A DNA stretch of 63,645 nt, the filler included, from Hyphochytrium catenoides (taxonomy: Eukaryota; Protista; Hyphochytriomycota), in assembly GCA_900088475.1 (NCBI GenBank). It is 8 parts of 8 records of this genome, joined end to end, with 100 filler letters (N's around TTAATTAATTAA, not from the genome) between each part and the next. Parts side by side here need not be neighbours in the genome. Positions count along the whole stretch, not along the records: positions 41,543 to 61,303 come from FLMG01000341.1; positions 61,404 to 62,544 come from FLMG01003516.1; positions 62,645 to 63,645 come from FLMG01000650.1; 5 more parts are not named here. One strand, given 5' to 3'. The notes under the pieces were generated by a model. It did no database searches. It worked only from the letters and a program-made list of their open reading frames with translations, and had not been told where the DNA came from. The position numbers and the translations under genes are program-made. This document shows, in pieces, positions 52,274 through 63,645 of the stretch. Numbering within the stretch: the stretch's first letter is position 1; each line of letters begins with the position of its first letter.

Positions 52274-54226
52274 AGAGGGAGAGAGAGGGAAGAGAGAGAG
52301 AGAGGAGAGAGAGAGAGAGTACAGGCGAAGTGGTGCAGAAAAGATCGACTGAGGAAGGCATCAACGTAGAGAGAAACGAGAGACAAAGCAGAGAATGGCA
52401 ACAGAAGAGGAGGTCAAAGGCAGTTGAACAGAGAGAGACAATATCATCTTCCCCGTTCGTTCTTTACCTGCTCATCCTCTCGCACTTCGCCTGCACTCTG
52501 CACTTGTCTTCCACCTTGTGCAAGAAGAGCTTGTTCTCTTCTGTGGCTATGCCCAGCAGCTGCCCGTCAGGAGAGAACTTCATCTCGGTGATCGCCATCC
52601 TTGCCTCTCTTCCCTCACTCAAGACCTCCAGAGACTGAGAGTCTAAAATTGTGAACTGCCAGAGTACAGCGGGGACGAAGAGAGAACAGAGAAGGGAGAG
52701 AGTGGATGAAGAGAGAGAGAGAGAGGGAGAGAGGAGAAAAGATCGATGACGAGAACATTGTATGTTAGTAGGGCTATGGACAACATCAGTCGAGAGTTAG
52801 ATTCCGAGGGCAAGAAGTGGGAGCGAGAGCTGTGCCGTAGATGATAGTTCCTTTCTTCATTAACGAAGGGGAGAGAGATATTAAGAAAGTGAGAGAGATA
52901 TGGAGATATAAAAAAGTTCAACAGGTGCAGCTGGTGGGACAAAGAGGAAGAGCGAGTCCGCGCGAGAGAGGGCGAGACAAAGAGAGAGAGATATGTACCC
53001 AGACAATGAGAAAGTGAATGTATGTGTGTTTGTGTGAGAGAGGGAGAGGCAGAGAGAGAGAGAAAGAGTGAGAAGTACCTCAAAGGAGGCAGTGAATAGA
53101 TGAAAGGGATTTAATAAGCAAGGGAGGAGAGAAGAGAACAGGAACCGAGGTGAAGTAGAGACCACGCTAGAGAAAGTTCTTGACACTTCCTACCGAGCCA
53201 TCTCTCCGACTCTCTTTCCCTCCGGATCCCAGTCCAACCGCAATCTTTTTCCCGTCAGGGCTCCAGGCGATAGCCCTCACATACGCATCGAGGACGAGAC
53301 GACCAAGCGCCTTCCGGCCAGAGAGAGACCAGACGCGAAGTGTACGATCATCACCACCTGAGGTCGAGATAGAAATATAGAAAAAGCCAGAAAAGAGAAA
53401 GAGGCCAGGCGAACGACAACGACCTTAGTTTCCTTGAAGAAGGAGGCAGAGGAGAGACACCAGCAGAGAAGTCAAAGCTACCGAGAGGAAAGAAACTTTG
53501 GAATCAAGTGAGATGCAGAGAAAGCATAGCAGGAAGAGAGCGATGTTTGGAGAAAAGCAGAGAGAAGAGAGAGAAGTAGAGAGAGAAGTGGACAGAGACA
53601 GAGGACGAAAGGCAGAAGACGGAATAAGACCTTGACTGCGGAACGTAGAGGAGGGAGTCAAAAGAATAAAGGATGTTGAGGCAAGGAGGAAGAAAGAAAA
53701 AGAACCAAAGGAAGAAAGCTCTAGGGAGAGAAAGAGGAAAAGAGAGGGTGTACCAGTTGCATACTGATCCGGGTTCGCCGGATTGACTGCCAACGCTAAG
53801 AGTTGCTCATGATTGTGAGCCTGGACCAGCTGAATGCTGGATTCAATCCCTAGACGATGGAAAAAGAGATAGAGAAAGAGAAGGAGAAAGAGAGAAAAGC
53901 AAGCGAGAAGTAGGTGTAAGAAAAAATAGTGGTATCATTAGCGGTTAGGCGCTGGAGGAAAATAGNNNNNNNNNNNNNNNNNNNNNNNNNNNNNNNNNNN
54001 NNNNNNNNNNNAAAGGCGGCTCAGGAGCGGCGGAGAGGTCGAAGGTGTGTGAGAGAGAGAGGTCTGGAGTCGTCCATAGCTTTACTGTTGCATCTTTGCC
54101 TGTGCGTGCAATAAAGAGATGTCGGTCCAGCCAAGGCCGGGCGTTGAGACACTGAAGACAGATCGAGAGCGAGGAAGAGACCCAGCTTGCCTTTCACGGT
54201 AGCCAATAGGGGAGCTTAGGTATGGA

Positions 54227-54285
<59 letters not shown>

Positions 54286-57200
54286 GAGAAGAGAAGAACA
54301 GAGAAGAGAAGAGATTCAAACAGCAATAGATTGAGCAAGCTAGCGAGAGAGAGAAAAAAGAGAAGGAAAAGAGGGAGCTTGAGAGAGTTCACTTACTGCC
54401 TGTGATAACCCCTTCTCTCATACAGAACACGTCGTTAACAGCGCGGGTGTGGGCAGGGATAACCTGACGGCGGAGCAGAGAAAAGTTCAGTCGAGGAGTG
54501 CAGCAAAGAAGAGATTATGTGGTGAGACAGGGTCAAGGCATGGGAAAAGATAGCGCCACAGTGCTGGTGGGGCAACTTGGTGGGAAGAGAAGAAAAGAAA
54601 GGAGAAGAAGAGAGACGCCTAACGACGATAGTGGATTCCTAGTGGGAGAAGAGTCTAAGAGAGGTCTTGCCTTTGACCGATCTCCTGTCTTTTCTACTCT
54701 CTCTCCCTCTCCCTCTCTCTGTCTCTCTCTTTCCCCGTCTTTCCCACGTCTTCTCTTCGTCTAGCTCTTCACTCTTCCACCGCGACATTTCTTCTTTCTC
54801 TTTTCTGTCTCTGGCTTGTCTCTCCTTATCTTTTATTACCTTCTCCAGTCCTCGTCCTTTCCAGACGTAGAGATGGCCCGTGATGGTCCCCGTTACCATT
54901 ACGTCTCCTCCCAGAAAGGCACCGCAGAGGAAAGTGTTCTCCTAGAGAGAGCGAGAGTCAGCAAGCGTAGTAGGAGGGGAGCACTTTGAGGAATGAACGC
55001 ATTGGAGAGACTGAGCAGAAGTGACGGAGAGTAAGGCAACCCTATATTTTTCCTGTTCGAAGTGCTAACAGGGTCTCCTTCTTTCCCCTGGTGGCACCTT
55101 CTCTTCTGAGTCGGCAGTCAGAATGCCTCTTTGCTCTTTATCAAGGCTTCATTGTGTGATGGCTCTCTTCGCCTATCCCTTTCTCTCTTCCCTGTGTCTT
55201 CTCTCTTTCTCTCTCCTCCGTGTCTCTACCCATCTGTCGGTCTGCCTTTCCTCTGTGTCTTGATGTCTCTTCTCTCTCTGTGTTTTGTGCGTGCATGCTC
55301 TCTTTCTCCCCCTCTCTCTTTCTCTCTCTCTCTTCTTTACTCTCTGTCTCTCCCCGGCTCTCCCAATCTCTTGTCTCCACCTCATATCCTCTTCGCGTTC
55401 CTGAAGTTAGATACCTTTCCCTTCTTCCTATATTCCGCACGATAGGAGGCAAGGTTTCCACTGATTATCTTCCAGAAGAGAAGATGCCGGGCACCTCCTG
55501 TCACTGCTTGGAACTCAGAGGATCCGGAAGATGCGCAGAAGTGTACGCGCTGGACGCTCGCTGTGAATGAGGCAAAGAGAGAGAGAGATGCACGCACAGA
55601 GAGAGAGACAGAAAACCACGCTGAATTTAGACAGGCTAAAGGAAGAGAATAAGAGACCGAGAGAGAAGAGAGAGAAGCACGTGGGATATGCAAAGTGCAA
55701 AAGGGAAGAAGAAGATAAAAGGGACCGCAGAAGGTATGCGTCTCCTTACTCTTGCTGTGCATCATTCTGTAGGCGTCATCCCAGTCGCCGGTGCTGGTGC
55801 CATGGACGCAGAGAGAGTGATTCTCGTCCTGCCCGACGGAGAAGAGGAGAGACGAACACGAAGAGAATGACAACGAAGTGACTGCATTCGAGTGGAAGAG
55901 AGGGAGGACGACAATCTTCTTGCAAGAGGTGGCATCCCAGATGTGGATGGACGGCAGCGCGGTGCCCTAGATGGAGAAAAAAAAAGGAGAAAGAAACAGA
56001 GAGAGAGAGAGCAAGCCGAGCGACAAAAGAGGGAGCAAAATGCAGGTGAAGAGAGGGGGAATCAGCCATGGAAGCAAGCCTGATGTCAGAAGAGAGAAAG
56101 AGAAGACTGAAACTCTAGGAGGTACCCTGTGAGTCGTTCAAAAAAAAGGGGTGAACCGCACCGCAGCGAGAAGAGAAGGAACGGAGCGAGAAGAGAAGGA
56201 ACGGGACGAGAAGGAACAGAGGAGAGAATGTCATCCAATCATCCGAGGAGTCTTGACATACCTCTCCTGTTGCCACGAATCTTCCGCAAGGAGACACGGC
56301 GAGACTGATAACTTCATGCTCGTGTCCCTGACAAAGTAAGAGGAAGGGAGGTAGGTTGAGAGAGAGAGAGAGTAAAAAAGTGTGAGAGAGCGACAGAGAG
56401 AGAGAGAGAGTGGTTTAGGTCAGAAGAAGAGTGTAAAAGAGGCATCTCATCCTTCGAGAGGGAGAGACGGGAAGCAAGAGAGAGACCGTACTTAAGGGAA
56501 AGTATGCACGATACGACAGACTGAGAGAGAGACAATTTTACGAGCTCCTTTCTCCTTATCCCGTTCACGTCTGACCTGATAGATCTGCTGTGTATGCTGT
56601 TCGCGGTCATACGCCAGACCCAAGGCTGCCGCATGATAAAGGATTTTCCCGTCAGCAGCGTATCGAAGATTGGAGCGGACCTGAGGTTGTTGTTAGGAGA
56701 CAGAGGGAGAGAAGAAGCAAAATAATGGGGAGAGAAAAAGAGAGAGCGAGAGAGTGAGAGAGAAAGTGGGGGAGAGAGAGAGAGAGAGAGAAAAGGGACA
56801 AAGAAGGAGAGAAGAGACAGGAACGGAGAGAGTCTATGGTTTGGGACACGCCGTTGTGTGAAGAGTGGGACGAGAGGGCCACGATGCGAATTCCAGAAGA
56901 GACAGGAAAGAGAAAGAACTAAAATACAAAGTAAGAAAGACTCCCAGGCAGAGTCCAAGCACGTTAGTTTAAGACTAAGTCCGTCGTCCAGACAACAAGG
57001 GCGAGCAAGGACAGCCTGTCGGGAATATTCAGGATCTAAGAGGTAGGTCAATACGGAAGTAAGAGAGGGAGAAAAGAGAGAGAGAGAGGCGAACAAAGAG
57101 AGAGAGAGAGAGAGAACGCAGTCAGTGAAAGAAGGCCTTACGTCTTGTGCTCGGTAGCCGTGTACGAAGTCAATTTCTGCGATAACCTTTGGTGGACTAC

Positions 57201-57404
57201 TCAGATTCTCCGTGGGAGGCCGAGACGGAGTGACGAGAGCTCTAAGCCAGGCCAAGCCCTCAGGAGATGGAGCGGCGGCGTCATCAGTCTTTCCTGCCGC
57301 GCCGGAGGAAGACAGAAGCTCCCCTATGAAGAGACAAGAGACAGTTATAAGATGCCTTCAGGGACTCTCTCCTTTCGACAGAGCCATTGTGATTAGCCAC
57401 AGAA

Positions 57405-57445
<41 letters not shown>

Positions 57446-58706
57446 GGAAGAGGGTACAGACAAAGAGAGACAGGGGACGAGAGAGAGAGAGAGCCTTGCC
57501 TTCAAGAGCAATGTCACTATCTTCCTCTGGTCCTCCTGACGCCATCGTGGTGCTCTCTTCTATTTGTTGGACGTCATCTCCCTCATGTCGCCACTGGAAG
57601 ATCGCCCTGTCCTTGCTAGCACTCAGAAGGCGAGAGCCGTCCTATAACCGGATCGAAGAGTAATAGCAGCCCATGAGCGAGAAAGAACAAAAGTGAGAGA
57701 GAGTGAGAGAGAAAGAAAGGGATTCAGGAAAAAAGTGTTGGAGAAAGAAAGAGAGAAGAAAATGAGTGCGCATATGTCAGCGGCATAGATGGAGAGCGTA
57801 AGCAATAGAGAGCCCAAGCCAAGGACATCTCACAGGTCTCGTTCTCTTCTCTCTCTCTTCCTCTCTCTCTCTCTCTACGCCCCTCTCTATCTCTGTCTCC
57901 CTTTCGTCTCTCCTCTCTCTCTCTTTCTCCCGCTCTCCCTTTCTCTTTCTCTCTCTTCTCTCTTTCTCTCTCTCTCTCTCTTTCGTCTCTCCTCTCTCTC
58001 GCTTTTCTCTCTCTCTGTGCCTTAACGACGTCAGTACCCTCTCTCCTTTCGCTTAAATATAAGGTGGAAGCTTACCCTGGAGAATTTGACCGCGGTAACA
58101 GAGTCAGCGTGTCCTACAAAGGACTTGTTTCCACTATTTGGAGCCACTGCTGGGTATCTACAGCGGCCAGTCAAAAAAAAGAGAAGAGAAGCAAAAGCGG
58201 CAAAAGTGAGGCCGATATGAGAGAGAGAGAGAAACCGACGAAAGGCCAACACTAAAGCAAGTGGTTATACAAGGAAGAGAGAGGAGAGAGGAGAGAGAGT
58301 GAGTGAGGAAGATAGAGGGAGAGGAGAGGATCAGAGAGAGAGGGAACAAGAATAATAGACAAGCGGAAGAAGGGCAAGAGGGGTCGAACCTGTAGAGTCT
58401 GATCCTGCCATATTCGTCACCAAGGGCGATGATCGCCTTGTCGGAGCTTCGGATGCAAGAAGTTGTCCCGCAACCTTCCACCACGGTGCCTTGAACTGAA
58501 GATGCAGGCAGGAGAAAGAGAGTGAACAGACCAAAGGAAGCATTAAGAATAACAAGTCAAAAAACGAAAGAGAGAGGAGAGAAAGAGAGAGAGAGAGAGA
58601 GCATAGAGAAGGGGAGATAGCCAGTTAGATTCAACTTGGGGGTCATCCGTCTACCACTGGTTGCCTTCAACTCGACAACTTCCTCTCCGACAGCTACCCT
58701 CCTTCC

Positions 58707-58764
<58 letters not shown>

Positions 58765-61303
58765 TCATTTTGGGGTCTCCGACCTGGCCAGCCGAACGGG
58801 ATGGTCCATGTCGCCCACTCTTGGTTACGGAGCGCAGAGGCACTGGAGACATGCGCGCCGGTGCTGGTGTCCGCGAAGAAGAGGTCTTGACCCTCACAAA
58901 CACTCTAATGAAGGTCCCGGGAGACAGGGTAATAGAGACGGAGAAGAGAGAGAGTGAGCCCGGAGGGGGGGGAGGGGGGAAGAGGGGAGAGAAGAGAGAG
59001 AGAGAGACAGAGGGAGAGACAGAGAGAGCGACAGAGACAGAAAGTGGGGGACAGAGAGAAAAAGAGGGGGACAGAGAGAGACGGAGAGAGAGATAAAGAG
59101 AGAGAAGAAAGGAGAGAGAGAGAAAGAGACAGAGAGGGAGACAGAGAGAGGGAGAGAAAGGGAGATGATATCAGCAACTGCCGACAAGAACACGAGGGAG
59201 AGAGGATCATGTATCGAGGGGGGAAATCAGAGAAAAAGAGAGAGAGTAAGGAAGCGAGAGAGAGGGAGGTAGTTCGAGTGAGGACTCAAGCGTTGGAGAA
59301 ACAGAAAGCTTTGGTAGAAGTAGCAAAATTAGTAAGAGGGCATTATCATCAAAGAAGAGAGATAAGAAAGAGAGAGAGGCCCAGGTAAACTTTGCCAGTA
59401 TTAAAGCAGAAGATGGGAGGGACTTGAGGGAGCGTGGCAACCTGCGTGTACTGTCCGTCGAGGGAGAAGTCAAAGCTCTGAATAGCGCTAAGCAAAGCGA
59501 AAGAGAGATAAATACTTTTAGCAAATCTGCTGCATCAAAGAGATGAAGGTTTCTGATGACCGGTCGCTTTCTCTCTTCACGCTCTCCTAACCCAGTTGGT
59601 CTCTGCCTCCAGCATTACTATCTTTTCCTCTTTCTTTTGCTCTGGACACTCTTTAGTTTGATCCCTTATGGTCACTTCCCCTCCTTCTTTGTGATGCATG
59701 TACAGAGAAAAAGATCCTCATGATGCTCCCTTTCTTTCTCTCTCTTTCTCTCTCTCTCTCTCTAAAAACCTTTTATGTGTCCCACTCTGACCTGCTGTGT
59801 CTCTTGAAGACAGATCTCTTGTTATATGCATTGTTGACCTCGTAGAAGAAGATAGACCCATCTCCGGCCCCGGCCCCGAGCTGCAGGCCGTCGGCGCTGA
59901 ACTTCAGCTCCTTTATCGCTTCCTTGGTATCTCGTGTCTCATGGATGACCTTCATTGTCTCGCTGTTCATGATCTGCAGAAGAAACATGCCAAAAGCGAA
60001 CAGGAAAGAGGGATGAGGATATGAGCAGGCAAACAACTGGAGAGAGCGAGAAAGAGAGAGAAAAAGAGACAGGAAGAGAGGAAAAGCATTTGGAGAACAG
60101 CCTTGTCGCTATACGCACCAGAATGGCTCCTTCTCTCTTCTGCTTGGCCTTGTTCACGCTTCCTCCGAGTCCCACTACTAACAGCGCTCCTGGAAACAGC
60201 AGAGGTGACAAAGAAAAGAAGAAGAAGGTAAGCCAAAGACGAGAGACGGAAAAGAGAAAGGGAAAGAGAACACCATATTTTCTTCTTCCATCTTGCCAGC
60301 CTGCTGCCTAATCACTTTCTCTCTCTCCTTTCCCATGAATAACCGCTAATGGCTACTCTTGCTTTCTCTCCAACTCATCTTCCCTACCGTCAGGGCTGTA
60401 GCAAGCCGCTCTGCCGGTCGTGTCGAGTGTCGACATTCTCTTAAGCTTTTTCTCCTCAATGTCCCAGGTACGCAGAGTCCTATCATCCCCCACGCTAGAG
60501 AACTCATTCTTCAGTGGATGCGCCGCCAGACCCCACAGCTCATCCTTGAAATGACCTGGCCACCGGGCAGGTTGAGCCTCAATCCATTGCAAAGTGGTGA
60601 GGAGATAAGGAAAGAGGGAGAGAAAGAAGAGAGAGTAAAAGAAAGAGAGAGCAGGCAAAAGAGAGAGAGAGAGAGACAAGTTCAGGGCGAGCTCTGACGC
60701 ACCAGACACAAGTGGTCCTGCCTCTACACCGTGAAGGTTCTTCCCGTCGACCGTCGAGATCTCAAATATCTCACAGCCTCGGGTCCCGATGAGGGCGCGG
60801 TGGTGTTCTCTGTCAAAGAAGACGCTGCGGACACTGGGGTTCAGACTTCCTCCTGCTTTCCATTTCTCTCCTCCTCCTGCTGCTCCTTCTCCCGCTCCAA
60901 GTTCATTGAGGTCAATCTCACGCATCGGCTCCAGGTTGCGAGACCATAACTACAGAGCCGCGACCAAGCGATGTGAGTGAATGAGTGAAGAGAAAGAGAG
61001 AAAGACTTCCAGAGAGAGGCAAGTAATGCGGAGAGAAGAGGAAGAGAGAGAGAAAAGAGAGAGAGAGATACGGATGAAGGTATGATACGGAGCAGTAGAG
61101 ATAATGAGTTCGGCAGGACTTATAAATTAAAGTGCGTGAGTTAAGACATGCAAGAAAGGCAGAGACTTGAGAACAGCTCCTGTTCTCTCTCTCTGTTCTC
61201 TCTCTCTCTCTTTCTCCCTTCGTTTGTTCAGCCTCTTCGCACCGCCCACACCCCTTGCCTCTCTTACCTTGACTATCCCGTCTTTTCCACCTGAAAGTAC
61301 GCC
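50944..61303 (-). CDS. EML6: Echinoderm microtubule-associated protein-like (EML5/EML6-type; HELP + WD40 repeats), 5' truncated
   Basis: HELP motif EIDFVHGYRAQD..SNLRY, GHFKDELWGLAAHP, DDRTLRTWD, WATWTIPFGW, GDEYGRIRLYRYP, GHADSVTAVKFS and DRTIVQW; repeated TAPE-domain motifs. Confidence 0.85.
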
Positions 61304-62511
61304 NNNNNNNNNNNNNNNNNNNNNNNNNNNNNNNNNNNNNNNNNNNNTTAATTAATTAANNNNNNNNNNNNNNNNNNNNNNNNNNNNNNNNNNNNNNNNN
61401 NNNCGTTGCCCGAATAATAAGAGTCTGAAGGGATAAAGAGGAGGAGAGAGAGAGAGAGAGAGGGAGAGACAGAGGAGAAGATAGGTAGGTAGTTCTCTTG
61501 CTAGATAGCTAAAGAAAGAGAGAGAGTGAGTGAGAGAGAGAGAGAGAGAGAGAGACGGAGAGAGGTCAGGATTCAAGGAGTATCCCTTGGAGAACTTTGC
61601 TTGCGGATATGATCAGATGATCAGCATCCACTGTCTAATTGAAAGGAGAGACGACGTAGAAGAGACTTCCATGTAAAAATGAGGGCACCGCGGACCGCGT
61701 GAAATTCATAGAACGAGGAGAGTTGACAGGTGATGAGTAGACATAAGAAGAATGAGAGGAAACGAAAGAAGCGAGAGCAGCGAGAGAGAAAAGAGAAAGA
61801 GAGAGACAGAGAGGGTGAGAGAGGGAGAGAGAGAGAGAGAGAGAGATGATGGAGAAATGTTGTCTGCTGCCCAGAAAGTCTTTCTGATTCTCATGCCGAA
61901 AATAAGGGTAGATTTCGTTGTTGGGCGTACACTCCGAAAATAAAGTCTCCTGTAACGGCACTCATCAAAGACATCACATTCTTCCTCCATTTTCTTCTCC
62001 TAGTCTCACCGATTCCCTTCATCTTGCTCTCTCTCTCTCTCTCTCTCTCTGCCTTCCTCCCCTCCCCCTCTCTCGTTCTCTCTCTCTCTCTCTCTCGTCT
62101 CTCTTCTCTGGCTGTCTCTTCTTCCTCTCTCTCGCGTGCACACCCTCTCTACTACTCCTTATTACGCCTCTTGCATAGAGTCTACTATCAATCGGGAGAT
62201 GAAAATATTGCCCTGCTGACGCGAGATACTTCAGAGCTGTCTTCTGACTTCGTACTGGTGCAGGTCCTTATTGAGTCAACTATTATCCTCTTGTTCTCCT
62301 TACACTGCTTCTCCAGACATTTTCTCCCTTTCCCTTTGAAGACCTCCTTTGAGGTGCAGCGGGTTCTCTATCGAAATGAAGGCGGACAGGACCACCTGGG
62401 ACCAAATGCCATAGAGGTGCAAAGGAAAGCACGGGAAGCTTACCTGAGTGAGAGATTGGGGGACTGGGTTCCAGAGAGCAAGAAGAAAAGCTAGGAAGAA
62501 GAGTAATAGGG

Positions 62512-62544
<33 letters not shown>

Positions 62545-62799
62545 NNNNNNNNNNNNNNNNNNNNNNNNNNNNNNNNNNNNNNNNNNNNTTAATTAATTAA
62601 NNNNNNNNNNNNNNNNNNNNNNNNNNNNNNNNNNNNNNNNNNNNGAGAGAGAGAGAGAGAGGGTGTGAGTGAAGGGGACAGTGATCAAAGGAAGATTGAT
62701 CGGGATAAACCTCACAGAAAGCGTTGAGACACAGAACAGAGAGAGGGAGAGAGTGACAGAAAAGAGAGAAGCAAGGCTAGAAAGACATAAGTAGCCAAC

Positions 62800-63146
62800 C
62801 TTCTCTCCTCTGCTGCGAGGAAAGCTTTTAGTCTCTTGAAACTGGGCCCAGACAGCTCCTTCTCTAGCACCTCCCGCCAGGACTCGTGCAGAGAGTGCTC
62901 CAGGTCATCAAAAGAAGATTTCTTTCCTTTCTCTCCCTCCCCATCGTTTTCTACCGGTCGCTGGTTCTCTGTCTCTTCCCTCACGACGGCCTCTTTCTCC
63001 TCCACCACTGTCTTGTGCCGCTTCACCTGTCTCTCTCCGTCCTTCTCGGTCACTTGAGAGGAAAAATAGCTGACGATGGTCTTTGACTTTCTCATACTTC
63101 GCCGCAGGACGACCACCGCGCCGGCTGCTGGCTGCTGTTGAGACAT
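62800..63146 (-). CDS. UNG: Uracil-DNA glycosylase (family 1), first exon
   Basis: PIP-box-like KTIVSYF, basic KRHK and LHESWREVLEKELSGPSFKRLKAFLAAEERR, matching the first helix of the UNG catalytic domain. The rest is lost at the linker. Confidence 0.7.
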
Positions 63147-63279
63147 CAAAGGCGGTGAGAGAGAGGAAAGGAAAGTGCGGCCGAGAGGATGCAGAGAAGA
63201 TCGCATCCGCGGTGGACAAAAGAGAGAGAGAGAAAGAATGAAAATGAGAGAGAGTGGGAGAGAGGAAGAGAGAGAGAGA

Positions 63280-63316
<37 letters not shown>

Positions 63317-63645
63317 GAGAGAGAGAGAGAGAGAAAGAGGAAGATCCTCAAAGAGGCAGGAATGTGAATAGTGAGTGCCTCTGCAGGAAAGTGAAGAGAC
63401 AAAGAGAGCAAGCAGAGGGCTTGCCTACCTCTAGGAAACTGCCCCTTATTCTAAGCCATCAGAAGAGAAACAGAGCAGAAAAAGATTTGTCCCCCTGTCT
63501 CTCTCTCTCGGCCTGCTCTCTCCTCAGTGCCACAGTGTGGGCGCGGGAGAAGAGAACTGTGATGGATGGCCACACACTTTTTTGAGTCACAAGTTCCCGC
63601 CACTTCTTTAGGAGAATCTCATTCTCTCTCTCCTTTCTCTCTCTC

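Noticed and set aside
62180-62494. Continuation of UNG past the linker
   Set aside because: No UNG motifs (GQDPY, HPSPLS) found by eye; it lies on a different contig.

Overview
Eukaryotic draft-assembly window, probably from a flagellate-stage protist or alga given the CFAP58- and EML5/6-like genes. It is stitched from about 8 contigs by 100-nt N/TTAATTAATTAA linkers, so adjacency across those joins is unreliable. Host genes have GT-AG introns packed with (CT)n/(GA)n microsatellites, which generate most ORF-track entries as artefacts. Recognisable host genes: 3' part of choline-phosphate cytidylyltransferase, a coiled-coil protein, an RNI-like LRR protein, a MAP kinase kinase, CFAP58, an EML5/6-like HELP/WD40 protein and the first exon of uracil-DNA glycosylase. 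Accessory content has three parts. (1) A nest of decayed Ty1/copia sequence (1-4600) is invaded by a ~255-bp LTR family. Each complete LTR carries an 81-nt tRNA-like Pol III gene whose 3' end, after CCA addition, is complementary to the element's own primer-binding site. This suggests a retroelement that encodes its own RT primer, and is the top finding. (2) An intron-split tyrosine recombinase (Crypton-like) with companion ORFs. (3) A spliced, secreted GH24 lysozyme + M15 peptidase fusion, which is endolysin-like and probably horizontally acquired.
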